Source: Vicugna vicugna (lineage: Eukaryota). From it: DNA of 64,000 nucleotides. Within the stretch, counting starts at the first letter, position 1; the number at the start of each line of letters is the position of its first letter. The stretch is from contig MU057416.1 of assembly GCA_013265495.1 (NCBI GenBank), positions 1,482,545-1,546,544 of the forward strand. The letters are read 5' to 3'. A program made the position numbers and the translations under genes. Positions 48,125 to 61,592 of this stretch are shown piece after piece. The notes under the pieces were generated by a model. It ran no database searches. It was given only the letters and a program-made list of their open reading frames with translations, and was not told where the DNA came from.

Positions 48125-49470
48125 TACATAGGATAGACGTACAGATCAGTGGAATAAAATTGGAATTCCAGAAATAAACCCCTCCATTTAGGGTTAGTTT
48201 CTCAGTAAGGCTGCCAAGGAAATTCAATAGGGAAGAGAGTAGTCTTTTCAACAAATGGTGCTGGGACAACTAGATCTCCATGTGCAAAAGAACATAAGTG
48301 GGTCCCTACCTCACACCACACACAAAAATTCTCTCACCGTGGATAGATTCAAATATAAGAATCAAAATGTTCAAACTCCTAGAAGAAAACATAGGCATAA
48401 TCTTCATGACCTCAGGTTAGGCAAAACCTTCTTAGATAGGACACCAAAAGCCCAAGAGACAAAAGAAAAAGTAGATAAATTTAAAACATTTGTGCTGGAA
48501 ACGATGCCATCAAGAAAGTGAAAAGACGACGAACAGAATGGGAGAAACAACTTGTAATTCATACATCTGATAAGGCCTTATACCCAGAGTGTAGAAAGAA
48601 GTCTTACCACTCAATAGTAAAAAGAGAAGTAACCCCATTTTTAAAAGGTCAAAGGGTTAAATCTTCTCCATAGAAGGTACACAAATAGCCAATAAGCACA
48701 AGAAAAGGTGCTCAACGCCACTAGATATTAGGGAAATACAAGTCCAAACCACAAGGAGATACCACTTCACACCAACCAGGATGGCTATTGGAAAAAAAAA
48801 ATTCAGACACAACAAGTGTCCTGAGGGAGACCGAGACCTCCGCACGTCGCTGACGGGACTGTGAGGTGGTGCACAGCCGTTCTGGAGAACAGGTTGGCAG
48901 TTCCCTGAGTGTTAAGTGTAGCACCACCATGCAACCCAGAAATTCCACTCCTAGACTCCAGGAGAACTGAAGACAGGTGTTCAAACAAAGACTTGAAGGA
49001 GAATATTCATAGCAGCATTATTCACAGCAATTGGAAAGTGGAAACAACCCATTGTCCACTAAGAACAGATAAACAAAATGTTGGCATGTCCATACGCTGG
49101 AGTATTATTCAGCCGTAAGAAATCAAGTGCTGATTCATGCTACAACCTGGGTGAACCTTGAACACATTAAACCGAGTGAGAGGGATCAGTCACAAAAGAC
49201 CACATACTGTGATTTCACTTTGATGAAATGTCCAGAATAGGCAAATTTATAGATACAGGAGATGCGTGCTTGTCTAGGGCTGAGTAAGGGGGATGTGTGG
49301 TGTGGAAAATGGGAAGTGATGGCTAATGGACTCCTTTTTGGGGTAACGAAATGTTCTAAAATTATATTGTGGTGATGGTTGTACAATCCAGTAAATGTAC
49401 TGAAAAATATTTAATTGCAGACTTAAAGTGGGTGAATTGTGTGGTGTGTGAATCTCAGTAGAGCTTTAAA
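48125..49470 (+). mobile_element. L1MB-like 3' fragment (ORF2 end plus 3'UTR)
   Basis: gatagacgtacagatcagtggaataaaat...gtcttttcaacaaatggtgctgggacaactag...tacaacctgggtgaaccttgaa...gggtgaattgtgtggtgtgtgaatctcagtagagc. Confidence 0.88.
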
Positions 49471-52409
49471 ACGTGCTGCTAGTGGCTGTTTCTGGAAGGT
49501 GAGCGTATGTTGATGTTTGTCTTCTGTTCATCTGCATCTTCCACAGTGAACAAGTGTTTCTGGTTGTAAGAAAAAAGAAGCAAAGTTCCTCGTTTAAATG
49601 GTTCATCTCAGCAAGGGAACATCTTAGAATTAAGCACAGAGGTTCATGAGCTTAAGACCTTTCTCAAGTTAAGTAAGTCACTGTCCCTAGAAGAAAACTG
49701 CCCGAATCTCCCGTGCCATTTCCTGCACCTGCTGTAAAACAGAGGGTGGGTTTTTTTTTTTCCTTCAAGTAATGAAATCTGCGGGTGTTTCCTTTTTCAT
49801 TTTGTGCGGTGATTCATTCCAGGCTGAAAGCCTTTCCAGTTTTGACTTTTCATTGTTTGCTGCATCACAAGAACCTTCTGCACTTTTAATCTTAATTTGG
49901 ACGGTAATACATTCAGTGTGATTTCACAAACTGAGTTTAATACCTTAATCCACTTTAGCACATCCTTCCCTTACCGCACAACCAGTTAGCATTTGGTTAT
50001 AATCCCTTAATAGTAATAAATACAAGCAACAATGAATGCATTTTGCAAAAAAAAATCTTAAATCCAATTTGGCAGTGTAATGACATACTGTGGGAATTTA
50101 AATGATTGTGTTAAAATAGATTATAAATAGTCTGAAAGCTTATATAAAAGTATTTTAAAGAATTAGGGATTTTTCTCTTTATTACAGCATATGTTAATAT
50201 GTTGAGTAATCCTTTGTTGCCCGTGGGTGGGTCAGTCAGTAACAGATGCTAGATAATAGGGCTTCAGGAAAATAACTATCAACTCATACTTGCTTAAAAG
50301 AGCTCAACTTAGCAGAAAGCCTGCATTGCTTACACAGCCAGAAAAGTCCATGAACAGGTCATAATATCAAATGTTCTTCTTAGACATAGACCATGAAATT
50401 AGAAATGACTACATTAAAATTGGGGGCACACAGACCACAAAATCTGATATAATTCATAGAAAAGCACTACCCAAAGTTAAAAGTGTTATAAAATATGGTA
50501 TTATTATTATTATGTGAAGCAAGAAGATGTATGTTCTTAAAGAGCATGAATATAAGCCTTCACAAGAAATGTCAAGTTTAAGGTTTTTGCTTATGTTTTA
50601 ATTTTTATCCTTGAAGTCAATATTCTGAAAAACAGTAGGAATTCTGCAGAACTGCCTGGAAGTCGGGGATGTGGGTAGAGCCTTCAGCTTTATACTGAAG
50701 GGTGATTTCACTTAAATACAGGGTCTGGGCTAGAAAAGAAAAGAAAAGAAAAAACTTGGAAACCAAAGCTGGTTTTCAGTGACCACTTACATAAATGTTT
50801 ACATCTTTTCAATATTAATTGTGGGTTGTGACCTGCCCTGAACTCTCAGGTGGAAAAGTGGCAGCCCCCACGTGGCGGTGCAGGCAGACCCACAGCCAGG
50901 CTACAGCCGGTGTCGGAGCGTTTGCCGCACGCCGGCCCAGATTTGTGCCAAGAGCCCCCCGCGCCCAGACTGTACTCAAGGCAAAAGCCTAGTGGTCGGG
51001 CCGGCGGAAATGGCGTCAGAAATAAAATATAACCTACTTAATGGGTTTCCTGAGCTCCCCGGTCTCTACACGTCTGATTCCTCAGAGCTGATCTCAGATA
51101 ATATGTTGGTAGAGGGGACTGCGGCAGGCTTGGCCAGGATGGAGGCATTCTGGTTTTTTGTCTTGGGAGTGTTTGTTTGTTTTTTCTGCATGTTTTAATA
51201 TAAATGACCAAGAGCTTAGAAGAGCAAATATTTCAAACCAAACAGTGAAGCCATTTGGTGCAGTTTTGACTACAAAGCAACAAGACAGCCTCCTGGTCTC
51301 CCAGGCTCACTCTCCAGATTAATGTCAATCTTGAAACCCAAAAGGAGGCAGAAAGGCGTAAGGCCCTTCAACAACATCCCTGACAGGTAACCATCCACTC
51401 TCTATCTAAACGCCGCCAGTAACAGGAAGTCCTGGCCCCGGTCCACACGTGGCCAGGTACAGTGGTTAGGAAGCTTTATCCTTGTCTCACCGGGAGCAAT
51501 CTGCCCCATCTCCCAGGACGGCTCTTCAAGTCTCGAAGTCCTTCGGTGCTTCACTGACGCCTGCCCTTGAACTCAGCGAAGTCTGAGAATCAGTGACCCG
51601 TGAGGTCTGATGTGCTGACTCTTAAAGGGTGTTAACTGCAGGCAAGAGGGTTTAACTAAAAGGTACTCCTCTGTAATTACAAGATTTATGCCAAAAAAGT
51701 CAGAGACTGGGTGGGGTCTGTGATCCTGTCTTTTCCTTTAGTAGAGAGAGCCATCTTAGCAGCTGTAGAATTAAAAAAAAATTTTTTTTACGATCAGTTT
51801 AAGTCAAGAGCCAAATAAGTCTCACATATTACACTTAGTTTCTGGGTCTCTTCTATGCTGTGGGCTCCTCCTCTGCTTCTGTCGCCCTCACTTTCTTCTC
51901 CTTGAAATGGAAGTCATTTTTTCCTGAGGGTTTATCTGCAGTCTGAACTGCGCTCACCGCACGCCAGTGGTGGTGTTTAAAAAGACTCCTCTGTCATCTC
52001 TGTGGTCTGTAAACTCACACATCCGCAGGCTCAGTCAGGCTTCGGCTCAGTGTTTGGTGTGACTACTAAGCGGCTCTGTGTGCTTACGTCACGAAGCCCC
52101 AGTACCCTGGTGCCCCTCTCTGTGACGCTGGGATGGCTCCGCGTGGTCAGGTACTGCCAGGGTGGCCCGCCCTCTGTGAAGTCCTCCTCCAGGCTTTCCC
52201 CCGGGCTTCCAGAGCCCTTAGCGGTCTTTGCTCACACCCACCTTTCACCGGATGGGAAAGCCCTGCGGTGTCTGGCTCCCGTGGGCTCGCTTCATGGCGC
52301 AGCTGGACCAGCCCTACGAAGGGAGACCCTCTCATGGTGTAGCGGTTACCGTCAGGTACAGCACAGGAAAGACAGATGACTGTGTGATCCTTTTTAAGTT
52401 TTTAGAATT

Positions 52410-52935
52410 ACAAGTTGGTTCCCAAAGGAAAAATGGGGCTACATCTCCCCACAGCACTTCTGAGGCCAGATGTGTGGGACTTTCCATCCCATTGAGTGAT
52501 TCTGACAGTAGGTACCCAGCGTCAGTGCAGACAGGTTAGGGGCTCAGACCCCCCAGACCACCCCCACCCTCAGGTGCTAGTGGCCGGTCCCGGGCGCCAG
52601 TACCTCTGACCGCCAGCTCCAAGTCCGGGGCTCCCACGCCCTCTGCCCGGCTTGATCATTCGCTCGCAGGACTTAGGGACACGCTGACTATCACCATTTC
52701 TCACAAAGGACACGACTCAGGACAAGCCTGGCAGAAGAGACACCCAGGGCCAGGTATGGGGGGTGACGGAGCTGCTGGCCCGCCACTCCTGTACCTTGAT
52801 GTGTTCACCAACCCAGATGCTCTCCAAATCCTGCGTTTAGGGCTTTCTGAAGCTTCATTTGTTAGGCACGATTGATTTCATCACTGGCCACTGGTGATCA
52901 CGTCCGTGTCTAGCCCCTCTCCAATTCCTTGCAGC
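52410..52935 (-). mobile_element. MER21-like ERV LTR
   Basis: cacttctgaggccagatgtgtggg...tctgacagtaggtacccagcgtcagtgcagacaggttaggggctcag...aaggacacgactcaggac...gtgttcaccaacccagatgctctccaaatcc, recognised from memory. Confidence 0.75.
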
Positions 52936-52989
52936 AGGAACCCACGTAGGTGGCACCAACCTTAACTTCCAAACGGAACAGTACATCTA

Positions 52990-53060
52990 CAAAAAAAAAA
53001 AAGTAAATAAATAAACCTAATTACCTCCCCTCCCCCCCAAAACAAGAAAGTTTTAAAAAT
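52990..53060 (+). mobile_element. 5'-truncated Vic-1-like SINE (tail only)
   Basis: aaaaaaaaaaaagtaaataaataaacctaattacctcccc with no tRNA-like head. Confidence 0.7.
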
Positions 53061-53249
53061 TACAGACATACAAACTGATACTTGCCTATGTATAGAAAGC
53101 AAGTGAGGAAAAGCTGCACCCACCATATTCATTTGACTCAGGAAATGTGGCATCTTCACATTTCACAAAATCTAACCCTAATCGCTGAAATACCCAAATG
53201 CAAGTAACGTGTGTGAAGGACGTTTGTCCCTGGGTGCCTGACACCCATC

Positions 53250-53668
53250 CCCTCCACCTCCAGTCACAATTCTGGGTTTTATTTGGGAATCTAGTCTTCC
53301 TCTCAGTCCATGTGGTTGGGGCGGGGGTCTCCATTCTTGAATCCAGGGGCGACTTGTGACCAAGCCTAGTCAGCCATTCCCTGGACACCACATTCCCAAG
53401 ACACTGGTGACTGGTTCAGGGCTGGACACGTGGCTCATTCCAGCTACTAGAAAAGCAGCCTCTCCTTTAATTCTGAGGCCATCTTGCTACGTGGAGCATG
53501 ACCATAAAATCTTTTTTTTAAAGTCTGGGATCCAGCCAAGTTTGGGGTTTCTTAGCTACAAGATCTAGTAAAGCCTCTTCTCCATTTCCGTTCTGTTCTA
53601 TTTTTCTCCTTACACCAGTTTGTAGTGGGTTTCCTGTGACCTGCAATAGAAAGAATCCTAAACGATAC
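53250..53668 (+). mobile_element. MaLR LTR (MLT1-type) relic
   Basis: gtgaccaagcctagtcagcc...gtgactggttcagggctggacacgtg...ccagtttgtagtgggtttcctgtgacctgcaatagaaagaatcctaaacgataca. Confidence 0.65.
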
Positions 53669-54689
53669 ATTTGAAGTTATTTCTAAATCCCCTAAAGGTA
53701 ACCCTACAACAAACAACTTAAAAAATTAAATAAAATAATTAAAAACCAAGCATAGCCATCTGACTCATTCATATATTTAAATGAATGAGCTATTATCAGA
53801 CAGCCAAGACGCACAAAGCATCGCTGTTCTGCACTGCACTTCCAGAACTCTGAAGCACTTGTCTGATTACAGGCGTCAAGAATTCTTTGTCATGCATTGC
53901 TAAGTAACAACTATTACTGTAGAATTAAGAGCTTAAAAATTTGGTCATTATAGAGAACTCAGCCGTAAATCTTTCTGGAATGAGGTGGGAATATAAGTAA
54001 GTTTAAAAAGGCATCAGTCACTTTCTTTCTGTTTGTTAATAGCTTCTTTTCTAGGAAGCCACACTCTCCTTTCTCAGACTCATAGTCTCACCCTGTGGTT
54101 CTTAAAAAGCACCCACAGTGCTTCTCCCCACTCAGAGTGAATAAATAATTCAGAGGAAGATGAAACCAGATGGAACACAGAGCCCATCAAACTTCCTCCA
54201 AGTCCCTTATGAAGTATCTTCAAAAAAAAACAGTGAAGGACGGTTTTATGGATTACTGTATTGTTTCTAATAACATCCAAACAGTAAGAACGCTCATCTT
54301 TCACGCTGTCTGGAAAAGTCCCATCGGATCGCTGGTGTGAGCACACGACGTGAAGTCTCTTGTCTGGTCCCCAGTGAAAGGACTCAGGCCAGAGGCCCCC
54401 AAAGGGCCATCACATCCCCCCCAAGGAATGACCGCGTCAGAATCACTTCGTCCAAAGGCGGGCAGAGGACGGAGTTCCCTTCCTTGCTAGCAGCCCACGC
54501 AGGTACGCAACAAGCCTCACAAGAAATTCATGAGCTCTGTTTTATCCAAACCCTATGGGCTGAAATTCCTCTGTTCTCAGTGGAAATAGAAATCTGCTGC
54601 TGACTGTCACCAGCGTGAGACCCCCTTGTGTATTTGGACACTGTAATTAAAAGCTCTTCTTTGTGCTGAATATCTTAACTCCTTTAACC

Positions 54690-54955
54690 CTTTCTCCCAG
54701 GGCGTGACTGTACCCCAGGCAGATTTTTTTGGTTGTTACAACCGGAGGGGAGGGGAAATGCTTCTGGTGTCCAGTGGATGGAGGCCAGGGCTGCTGCTAA
54801 ACCCCCTACAGAGCACACACACAGGGACACACACACACGGACACACACACACGGACATGCATACACACACACACGGACACGGACACGTAGGCACACTATC
54901 CTCCAAAGAATCATCCCAAACTATTAATAGTACCAAACCAACATCGATGAACTCT
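54690..54955. mobile_element. MER20-like hAT transposon with internal (CA)n/GGACAC expansion
   Basis: tttttggttgttacaacc...tgcttctggtgtccagtggatggaggccagggctgctgctaaaccccctacagagcac...caaagaatcatcccaaac; microsatellite at ~54812-54886. Confidence 0.8.
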
Positions 54956-56869
54956 GCCACCTTTTAAAATACAGTCTTTAAAAAAAGATTTTGACCACAT
55001 TTTGATTTGGCTCAGTGATTAATAAACAAAAAAAACGGGTTGTAGACAAGCTTGAAAAGATCCTCTCTCATCTATGCGGCGACCAAACGCGTATTTGCAC
55101 TCGTTAATATAGTCTTACTTTCCAGACCTTTAGTAATCATTTGAATTTTCTTTGAACCTCTTCTCAAACTCATGTTACCGCACTTGGATGTGGAGTCATG
55201 ACTTACATGTGAGCCTGATCGTTCCTGCAAACGAAGCAACAGCTACTCCCTGATTACTCCACGATTAACTCCCTTCATCCATGACACTTAGGGAATAAGC
55301 TCAAGTGACATGTCCTGTGTGAAAGCGCTAGACACAGAACTCATCCGGGGATATAAATGACCGGCTTCAAATGCCTGCAGGCCTTTGGATGAGTGACCAG
55401 GGCCCCAAAGTTTTACTCCAGTAAGATTATGGGGGTGTCTGAGCCCCAGAGAAGAGGGGAGGGGCCGAGGGTGGGGGCAGGGAAAGGAAGCTCCCCCTGA
55501 GCCGGAGCCAGTGGAGTGAGTGACGGAAGCAAGGCAGAGGCCCCCCAGGCTCTCTCTGACAATGCTCTGCCCACCCCCCATCTCCCCATCCCTGCCAGGC
55601 TCACTCCACGACAACTAACACGGGGGCTGGTGGGGCTCCCAGCTTCAGCTGCGTTTTACTAGGGACACTATTTCAGATCACTTTTGGTTAAAAAAAAAAA
55701 TCACTTTTGGTAAGTTTTTCAACTTCTGTACTTTTCCAACGTTTGTTTACATTGAACTCCCTGTTACTCAACCATGTGGAGCAATGGAAACCCATAAAAT
55801 GAAAAGGCTTGTGTCTGGCTTCAAAAATGGCAGGAGTTTCTCCCTTGGAGGCTAATCTTGGGAAAAAAGGAGCTCTGGAAGGAAAAACAGCTGGTCATGG
55901 CTAAGAAGGTAGGCAATCTGGGGGGTCCTGAGATCCGCGAGAAGAAATAACACATGAAGGACTGATGCTGGGGTCAGAAAACGCGCTTCAAGTCTTCAGA
56001 GATGGATGCTAGGGTCTCCTTTACATGGTGCCTCGCTCACAAGAGGATCTAATACACGGTTTTCTGATTTTGATTAGCATTTTGCTCTAGACTACTGCTC
56101 TTAAATTCAAATTATAGCTTTCCAGAGGAAAAAAGAAGAATATGCTGAGGTCTGCACAGAGATCAAATAACCACTCCATCCTAAAACCAGAGATTCTGCC
56201 ATTTGCTCAGTTTCTAAGCCAAGTCTGACGTTTCTCATGCTTCATGTCCACATATAAACATTCACATTGGAGAGTCTGAGCAAAAGCCATTTGGTTGGTT
56301 TGAGTTCTGTAAGGAATGTATAAAATGTTCCTTGAAACTTTAATTCCAAGTATGTTTTTATATTTAGATGACTCACAAAGACCTTACTTGCACACTGTCC
56401 ATTTAGCATGAAAGATGATCTGGGTGAATGTGAAAAAATAATTAACTTCAACCTTCTGCAGGGGAGACTGCAGCGGACTGTCTCTCACACCCCCTCCACT
56501 TCCAGCTGCATCTGCTGGGGCCACTCCGCAGGCAAGAGGGGAGAGAAACACAGGCCGAGTGTGGCACTGTCTTCACTGCGGGCAAGACGGGGGTCGGGGG
56601 AGGGTGGGACACATGGATGCAAAGACCTGACAATGGTGGGGTCTAGTAGTTGAACCCCCTGATGGGGCCATGACAGTGGGCCTGCCAGCAGGTTGATTTC
56701 TGCCCCAAGTACTTGGTATATTCTCACTGACCCCAAGGAGCTTGGGAAGAACCAAACTGATGGAGACCAGGAGAATTTAAGGAGATCAGGGAGCAGAAGT
56801 CTGAACTCCTGGCTGCTGCTATGCCATCAGAAAACCAGAGAAGTCTCTCGAGCACCCATGGAAGACTCA

Positions 56870-57945
56870 TCACGGTAGACCATAGCTTGGGCCATAAAGT
56901 GAACCTTACCCGACTTTAAATAACTGAAATCACACGGAGTTGTATGCTTTTACCATGTCGGAATCAAGTTAGAAATCAGCAACAGACAAAAGGAAAACCT
57001 CCAAACATGGGGAAATGAAGCAACATGCTTCTAGATAACCCATGGATCAAAGAGGAAGCCTCAAGGGCAATTTCTTTTCGGAGGTGGGGAGAGAGAATTA
57101 GGTAGTTTTGTTTGTTTGTTTATTTATCTATTTATTTATTTTTAGAGGAGATACTGGGGATTGAACCTAGGACCTTGTGCCTGCTAAGCACACACTCAAC
57201 CACTATACCCTCCCCTACAAGAGAAATTTTTTAAAATATAAGCAATGGAAAGAAGGTAAATATGTAACACATCAAAATATGTGGGATGCAGCTAAAGCAG
57301 TGCTGGGAGGGAAATTTATAGCACAAAATGCTCACATTAGAAGCAAGTAAAGGTCTTAAATCAGTCAATTAAGTTCCAACCTTAAGAAACTAAAAGGAGA
57401 AAAACAAAATAAAGCCCCAGTAAAGAGAAGAAAAGTTTTTTTTAAAACAAAAGGAACAAAAATTAATAAAATTGGAAATAGAAAAACAGAGAAAATCAAT
57501 TTAAAAAGTTGGTTCTTAAAAAAAATCAATAAAAGTGATCATTTCTAGCAAGATTGACAAAGATAAAGAGAGATGACAAAACAGAATATTAGGGATGCAG
57601 TTACAAATCCTGCAGGGAATACCATGAACAGCTTTATGTTCATAAATTTGAAAACTTTAAAGAAATGAACCAATTTCTTAAAAATCACCAACTACCAAAA
57701 TTCAGCCAAGACATAGTAGACAAAATAAATCATTATATAACCATAAAAAAATTAAACTTGTAATTTAAAAATTCCTAAAAAGAAATCCTCAACCCCAGAT
57801 GGCTTCACTGGGGAGTCTTATCAAATATTTAAAGAGGAATTAACATCAGTTTTACAGAGTCTTTTCCAGGAAATAGAAACAGAAGGAACACTTCAAAACT
57901 CATGTGTTATGAAGCCAGTATTGCTTCGATATAAAATCACACAAA
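56870..57945 (+). mobile_element. L1 ORF2 fragment, interrupted by a SINE
   Basis: tagaccatagcttgggccataaa...ggatcaaagaggaag...gtgggatgcagctaaagcagtgctgggagggaaatttatagc...ccagatggcttcactggg. Confidence 0.88.
57078..57215 (-). mobile_element. Vic-1-like SINE nested in L1
   Basis: Reverse SINE consensus; degenerate TSD caagggcaattt / caagagaaattt. Confidence 0.88.
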
Positions 57946-57947
57946 GA

Positions 57948-58065
57948 GGGTGGGAGGGTGTAGCTCAGTGGGACAGTGTGTGCCTGGCATGCACGAGGTC
58001 CTGGGTTCAATCCTCAGTACCTCCATTAAAAAACAAACAAATAAACCTGATTACCTCCCACCAAC
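57948..58065 (+). mobile_element. Vic-1-like SINE
   Basis: gggagggtgtagctcagtggg...gcatgcacgaggtcctgggttcaatcctcagtacctcca...aaacctgattacctccc. Confidence 0.9.
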
Positions 58066-58087
58066 CTGCCCCAGAGAAAATCGGAGA

Positions 58088-58512
58088 TTGATGGCCATTC
58101 TGACTGGGGTGAGATGGTACCTCATTGTAGTTTTGATTTGCGTTTCTCCGATAATTAGTGACACTGAGCATTTTTCCATGTACCTGTTGGCATGTGCACA
58201 TCTTCATCAGAGAGAACGTTTTTCCATCTGCTAATTTGATACTGTAGGTGCCCTTTAGTGACATGTTCATTCACGTCTCTGCCGATTTTCTAACTGGATT
58301 GTTTGTTTTTTTCATGTTGAATTCGAGGGAATCTTTACACATTCTAGATTGCTAATCCTTTGTCAGGTATGTGGTTTGGAATTATTTTCCCCTAGTCTGT
58401 AGTTTATCTTTTTATCCTTTTCACGTGGGCTTTGGGAGAGCAAAAGTTCTTAAATTTTGATAAAGTCCAGTTCACTAATTTTCCCTTTGATGGTTTATGC
58501 TTTTGGTGTCAA
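58088..58512 (-). mobile_element. L1 ORF2 fragment, inverted relative to its neighbours
   Basis: ggccattctgactggggtgagatggtacctcattgtagttttgatttgcgtttctc...tgcttttggtgtc is reverse L1. Confidence 0.85.
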
Positions 58513-59330
58513 GCATAAAAATGCAAAATGGTAGAGACACTTTGGAAAACAGTCTGGGAGTTTCTTATAAAACTAAACGTGCAATTACTGTACAGCTCAG
58601 CAACTGCACCCTCGAGTACTCATCCCAGAGAAATGAAAACTCATGTTCACACAAAAACCTGTGCATGACTGTCCGTCGCAGCTTTCCCCAGATGGCCCCA
58701 AACCCAGAAGCAGCCAGACGTCCTTCTACAGGGGAGCGATGAAACGCACTGAGCGCGTTGGTGCTGCAGACCCCGACTCAGCAATGAAAGGGGTCACCGA
58801 CTGACACGCGCAGGGCAGCTGGGCTGGTCCACAGGGAGCACGCAGGGGCTGGGAGGCCAATCCCAAAATGGCACATGCCATTTAATTCATTTCCATAATG
58901 TTTTGAAATGACAAAATTATGGTTTAGTGGTGCCAGGGGTCAGGAATAAGTGAGGTAGGGTGGGCGGGGTGGTTATAAAAGGATAATATAACAGCTCCTT
59001 GTGGGGCTGGAACTATTCAGTATCTCCTGCCACCAGTTTTATCGAGTGAGCAACTCGGCCTTGACGGTGGACACACAGACTTACACATGAAATAACACTG
59101 TATGGAACGGAATACACCAAACACACACAAATAAAAACAAGCAACACTGGGGAACCCTGAGGACAAGGGGTAGATTTCACAACGTCAATACCCTGCTCTG
59201 ATGTCGTGCCACTGCTCGGCACGACGTCGCCGCTGGGGAAGCTGGGCAAGAGGTATACGGACTCTCTACATATTATGACTTAAAACTGCGTGCTCACCTC
59301 CAATGATCTCAATTAAATTTTCAATCAAAA
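58513..59330 (+). mobile_element. L1MC-like 3' fragment
   Basis: atgcaaaatggtagagacactttggaaaacagtctgggagtttcttataaaactaaac...cccagagaaatgaaaactcatgttcacacaaaaacctg. Confidence 0.8.
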
Positions 59331-59343
59331 ATAATAGCTTCTA

Positions 59344-59475
59344 GGGGAGGGTATTGCTCAAGTGGTAGAGCGTGTGCTCAGCGTGCATGAGGTCCTGGGT
59401 TCAATCCCCAGTACCTCCTCTAAAAATAAATAAATGAATAAACCTAAGTACTCCCGTCAAAAAAAAAAAAGAGGG
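59344..59475 (+). mobile_element. Vic-1-like SINE
   Basis: ggggagggtattgctcaagtggtagagcg...gggttcaatccccagtacc; TSD aaaataatagctt / aaaataacagctt. Confidence 0.9.
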
Positions 59476-60211
59476 TGAAAAATAACAGCTTATAATTTTT
59501 TTTCAGGATTTCAAAGGGCACTAAGAATGAGAGAAATACACACCAATCGTTATTGGAGATGTATAGCTATGTATATATTTTAAAGGCATAGTGTCTGCAT
59601 GAAGAAAGGTAAAAATCTTATTGAAATACCTACAACTGAACAAAATGGAACGAGTTTCCAAGTCCTTGAGTGGGAAGGCATTTTAACAATGACAGATTTC
59701 TCAAAATTAAGATAGAAATTCAGTGCAATCCAATTCGAATTCTAATCAGGGTTGTGGTTGTTGTTTTAAATGGGGGTGAAAAGTGGGATCAAAAGACCTC
59801 AGTGCTCACTTGGAAGGGTAAAGCTCGGGAGCATATAACATGCAGCATATATAACAACAAAGTCTACCGACAGAGAACCAGCCTCCCGAGGTACCGGGAT
59901 GCAGCCCCAAGGCCACTGCATTCAAATTTTTGTGCCACAGGTCTGCGACCAGACAGGCCAGGGGAGCACCCTGGAGTCAGGGAACATGATGTTAAGCAGA
60001 GACGGGTTTTCCATTTGGAGGAAAAGAATCATTTATTGCCATGTGGTGCCGGCATGACTGGTTATTCATCTGGAAAAGAATACCCCCACACTCTATGCCG
60101 CAGCAGGTAAAATTATGAAACAATGAACATTCTACAAGAATAGCTCTGGAGCAGTATGTGAGCTTAATGAGAACTTCTCGCCTGAGACAGGATGTTCAGT
60201 GCTGGGTTCCT

Positions 60212-60305
60212 TCTTTTCTTTTTTTCATGGAGGTACTGAGGATTGAAGCCAGGACCCTGTGCGTGCTAAGCACATGCCCTACCACTGCGCAACACCCCCA
60301 CCCCC
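60212..60305 (-). mobile_element. Vic-1-like SINE (head plus short tail)
   Basis: ttttttcatggaggtactgaggattgaagccaggaccctgtgcgtgctaagcacatgccctaccactgcgcaacacccc. Confidence 0.85.
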
Positions 60306-60488
60306 TGATGCTGGTTTATAAAAAGCTGTATTCAGCAATACGAAAATTAAAAATGTTTGAATGGCAAGCTACATCAAACAAATAAATGGTGAAGCAGACA
60401 ATCACACTCACAACGCTTACAACAGGAAGAGGGCTAATGTCTGTAACATGCAAAGAAGTGTAACAAACGGGTAAGACACCCCCCACCA

Positions 60489-60491
<3 letters not shown>

Positions 60492-60521
<30 letters not shown>
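60492..60521. repeat. (CA)n microsatellite
   Basis: About 14-15 CA units. Confidence 0.95.
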
Positions 60522-60523
<2 letters not shown>

Positions 60524-60569
60524 CCTCTGATTGGGCAGAGCACATTCCACTCAGAGAAGATCAAATACA

Positions 60570-61030
60570 AGATGCCAAGAAATGGACGCAAAGATGTTCA
60601 GACTCACCAGTGGCTGGGGATGCAAATTAAGGTAAGCATTAAATATTCCATTCATCAGATTGTCAAGTTAAAAGGCATGATTACACCTATTTCTGGATGG
60701 GCCTGGGGGAAAGAATTCTTTCTGGTGGAAATGTAAAGTCTTTTGGAAAGGAATATGGCAATATTTCTTAAAATTAAAACTGTGCACATCTTCAACCCTG
60801 CGATCCTTCTGGGAATCTATTTCTAGAAACAAGAGTTCCCAGAACATATGTATGATGTGCACTGTGACATCTTTCATAGTGAAAAAGATGTGAAGCAAAG
60901 TGAATGTTCATTGAGAGAGGAATGGGTGGATATGTTACATGCATCCACACAGTGAAATACTATGCAGCCCTGAAGAAGAAAGCATTAACATTCTGCCAGT
61001 GAACACAAAGGGATCTGGATGAGATACTAC
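60570..61030 (+). mobile_element. Old L1ME-like fragment
   Basis: aaagatgttcagactcac...tggtggaaatgtaaagtcttttggaaaggaatatggcaata...catccacacagtgaaatactatgcagcc. Confidence 0.65.
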
Positions 61031-61364
61031 TGCAGGAGAAAACTAAGGGAGAGAGCAGACTCTATAATACAATCTCATTTTTGCAACACAAACCATGATT
61101 TAAGTCTACATATCTATGTACGGTTATGTGCATCTGGAGAAAACCCAAATGTATCATCTGGTTCACACAAATTCCCTGCAGGAGAAGAGGGTGCACAGAG
61201 GGCTAGGGGAGGAGGGGAAGAGAAAGGAGGAGAGGGTGCAAATCAATAAATAAGGGGGGAAGACTAAACAAGGTGAATACACACTCTAGGATGTACGGGA
61301 AAGCGCTCCTGTGTGAAATAACCTGTGTGTGAGAGAGCGTGTGCGTGAAGAAATGAGAAAACAG

Positions 61365-61592
61365 GATAAACGGGGAGTTCAAGATGTGCAGATACTGATA
61401 CACATAAAACAGATAAACAAGTTCATGCTGTGTAGCACAGGGAACTATATTCAGTATCTCACGGTAACTTATGGTGAAAAAGAATATGAAAACAAATATA
61501 TGTATTTTCATGTATGACTTAAGTATTGTGCTGTACACCAGAAATTGACACAACCTAGTAAACTGATTATACTTCAATAAAAGAAAAAAGAA
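61365..61592 (+). mobile_element. L1 3' terminus (younger, lineage-type)
   Basis: ggataaacggggagttcaagatgtgcagatac...gtagcacagggaactatattcagtatctc...gattatacttcaataaaagaaaaaa. Confidence 0.88.
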
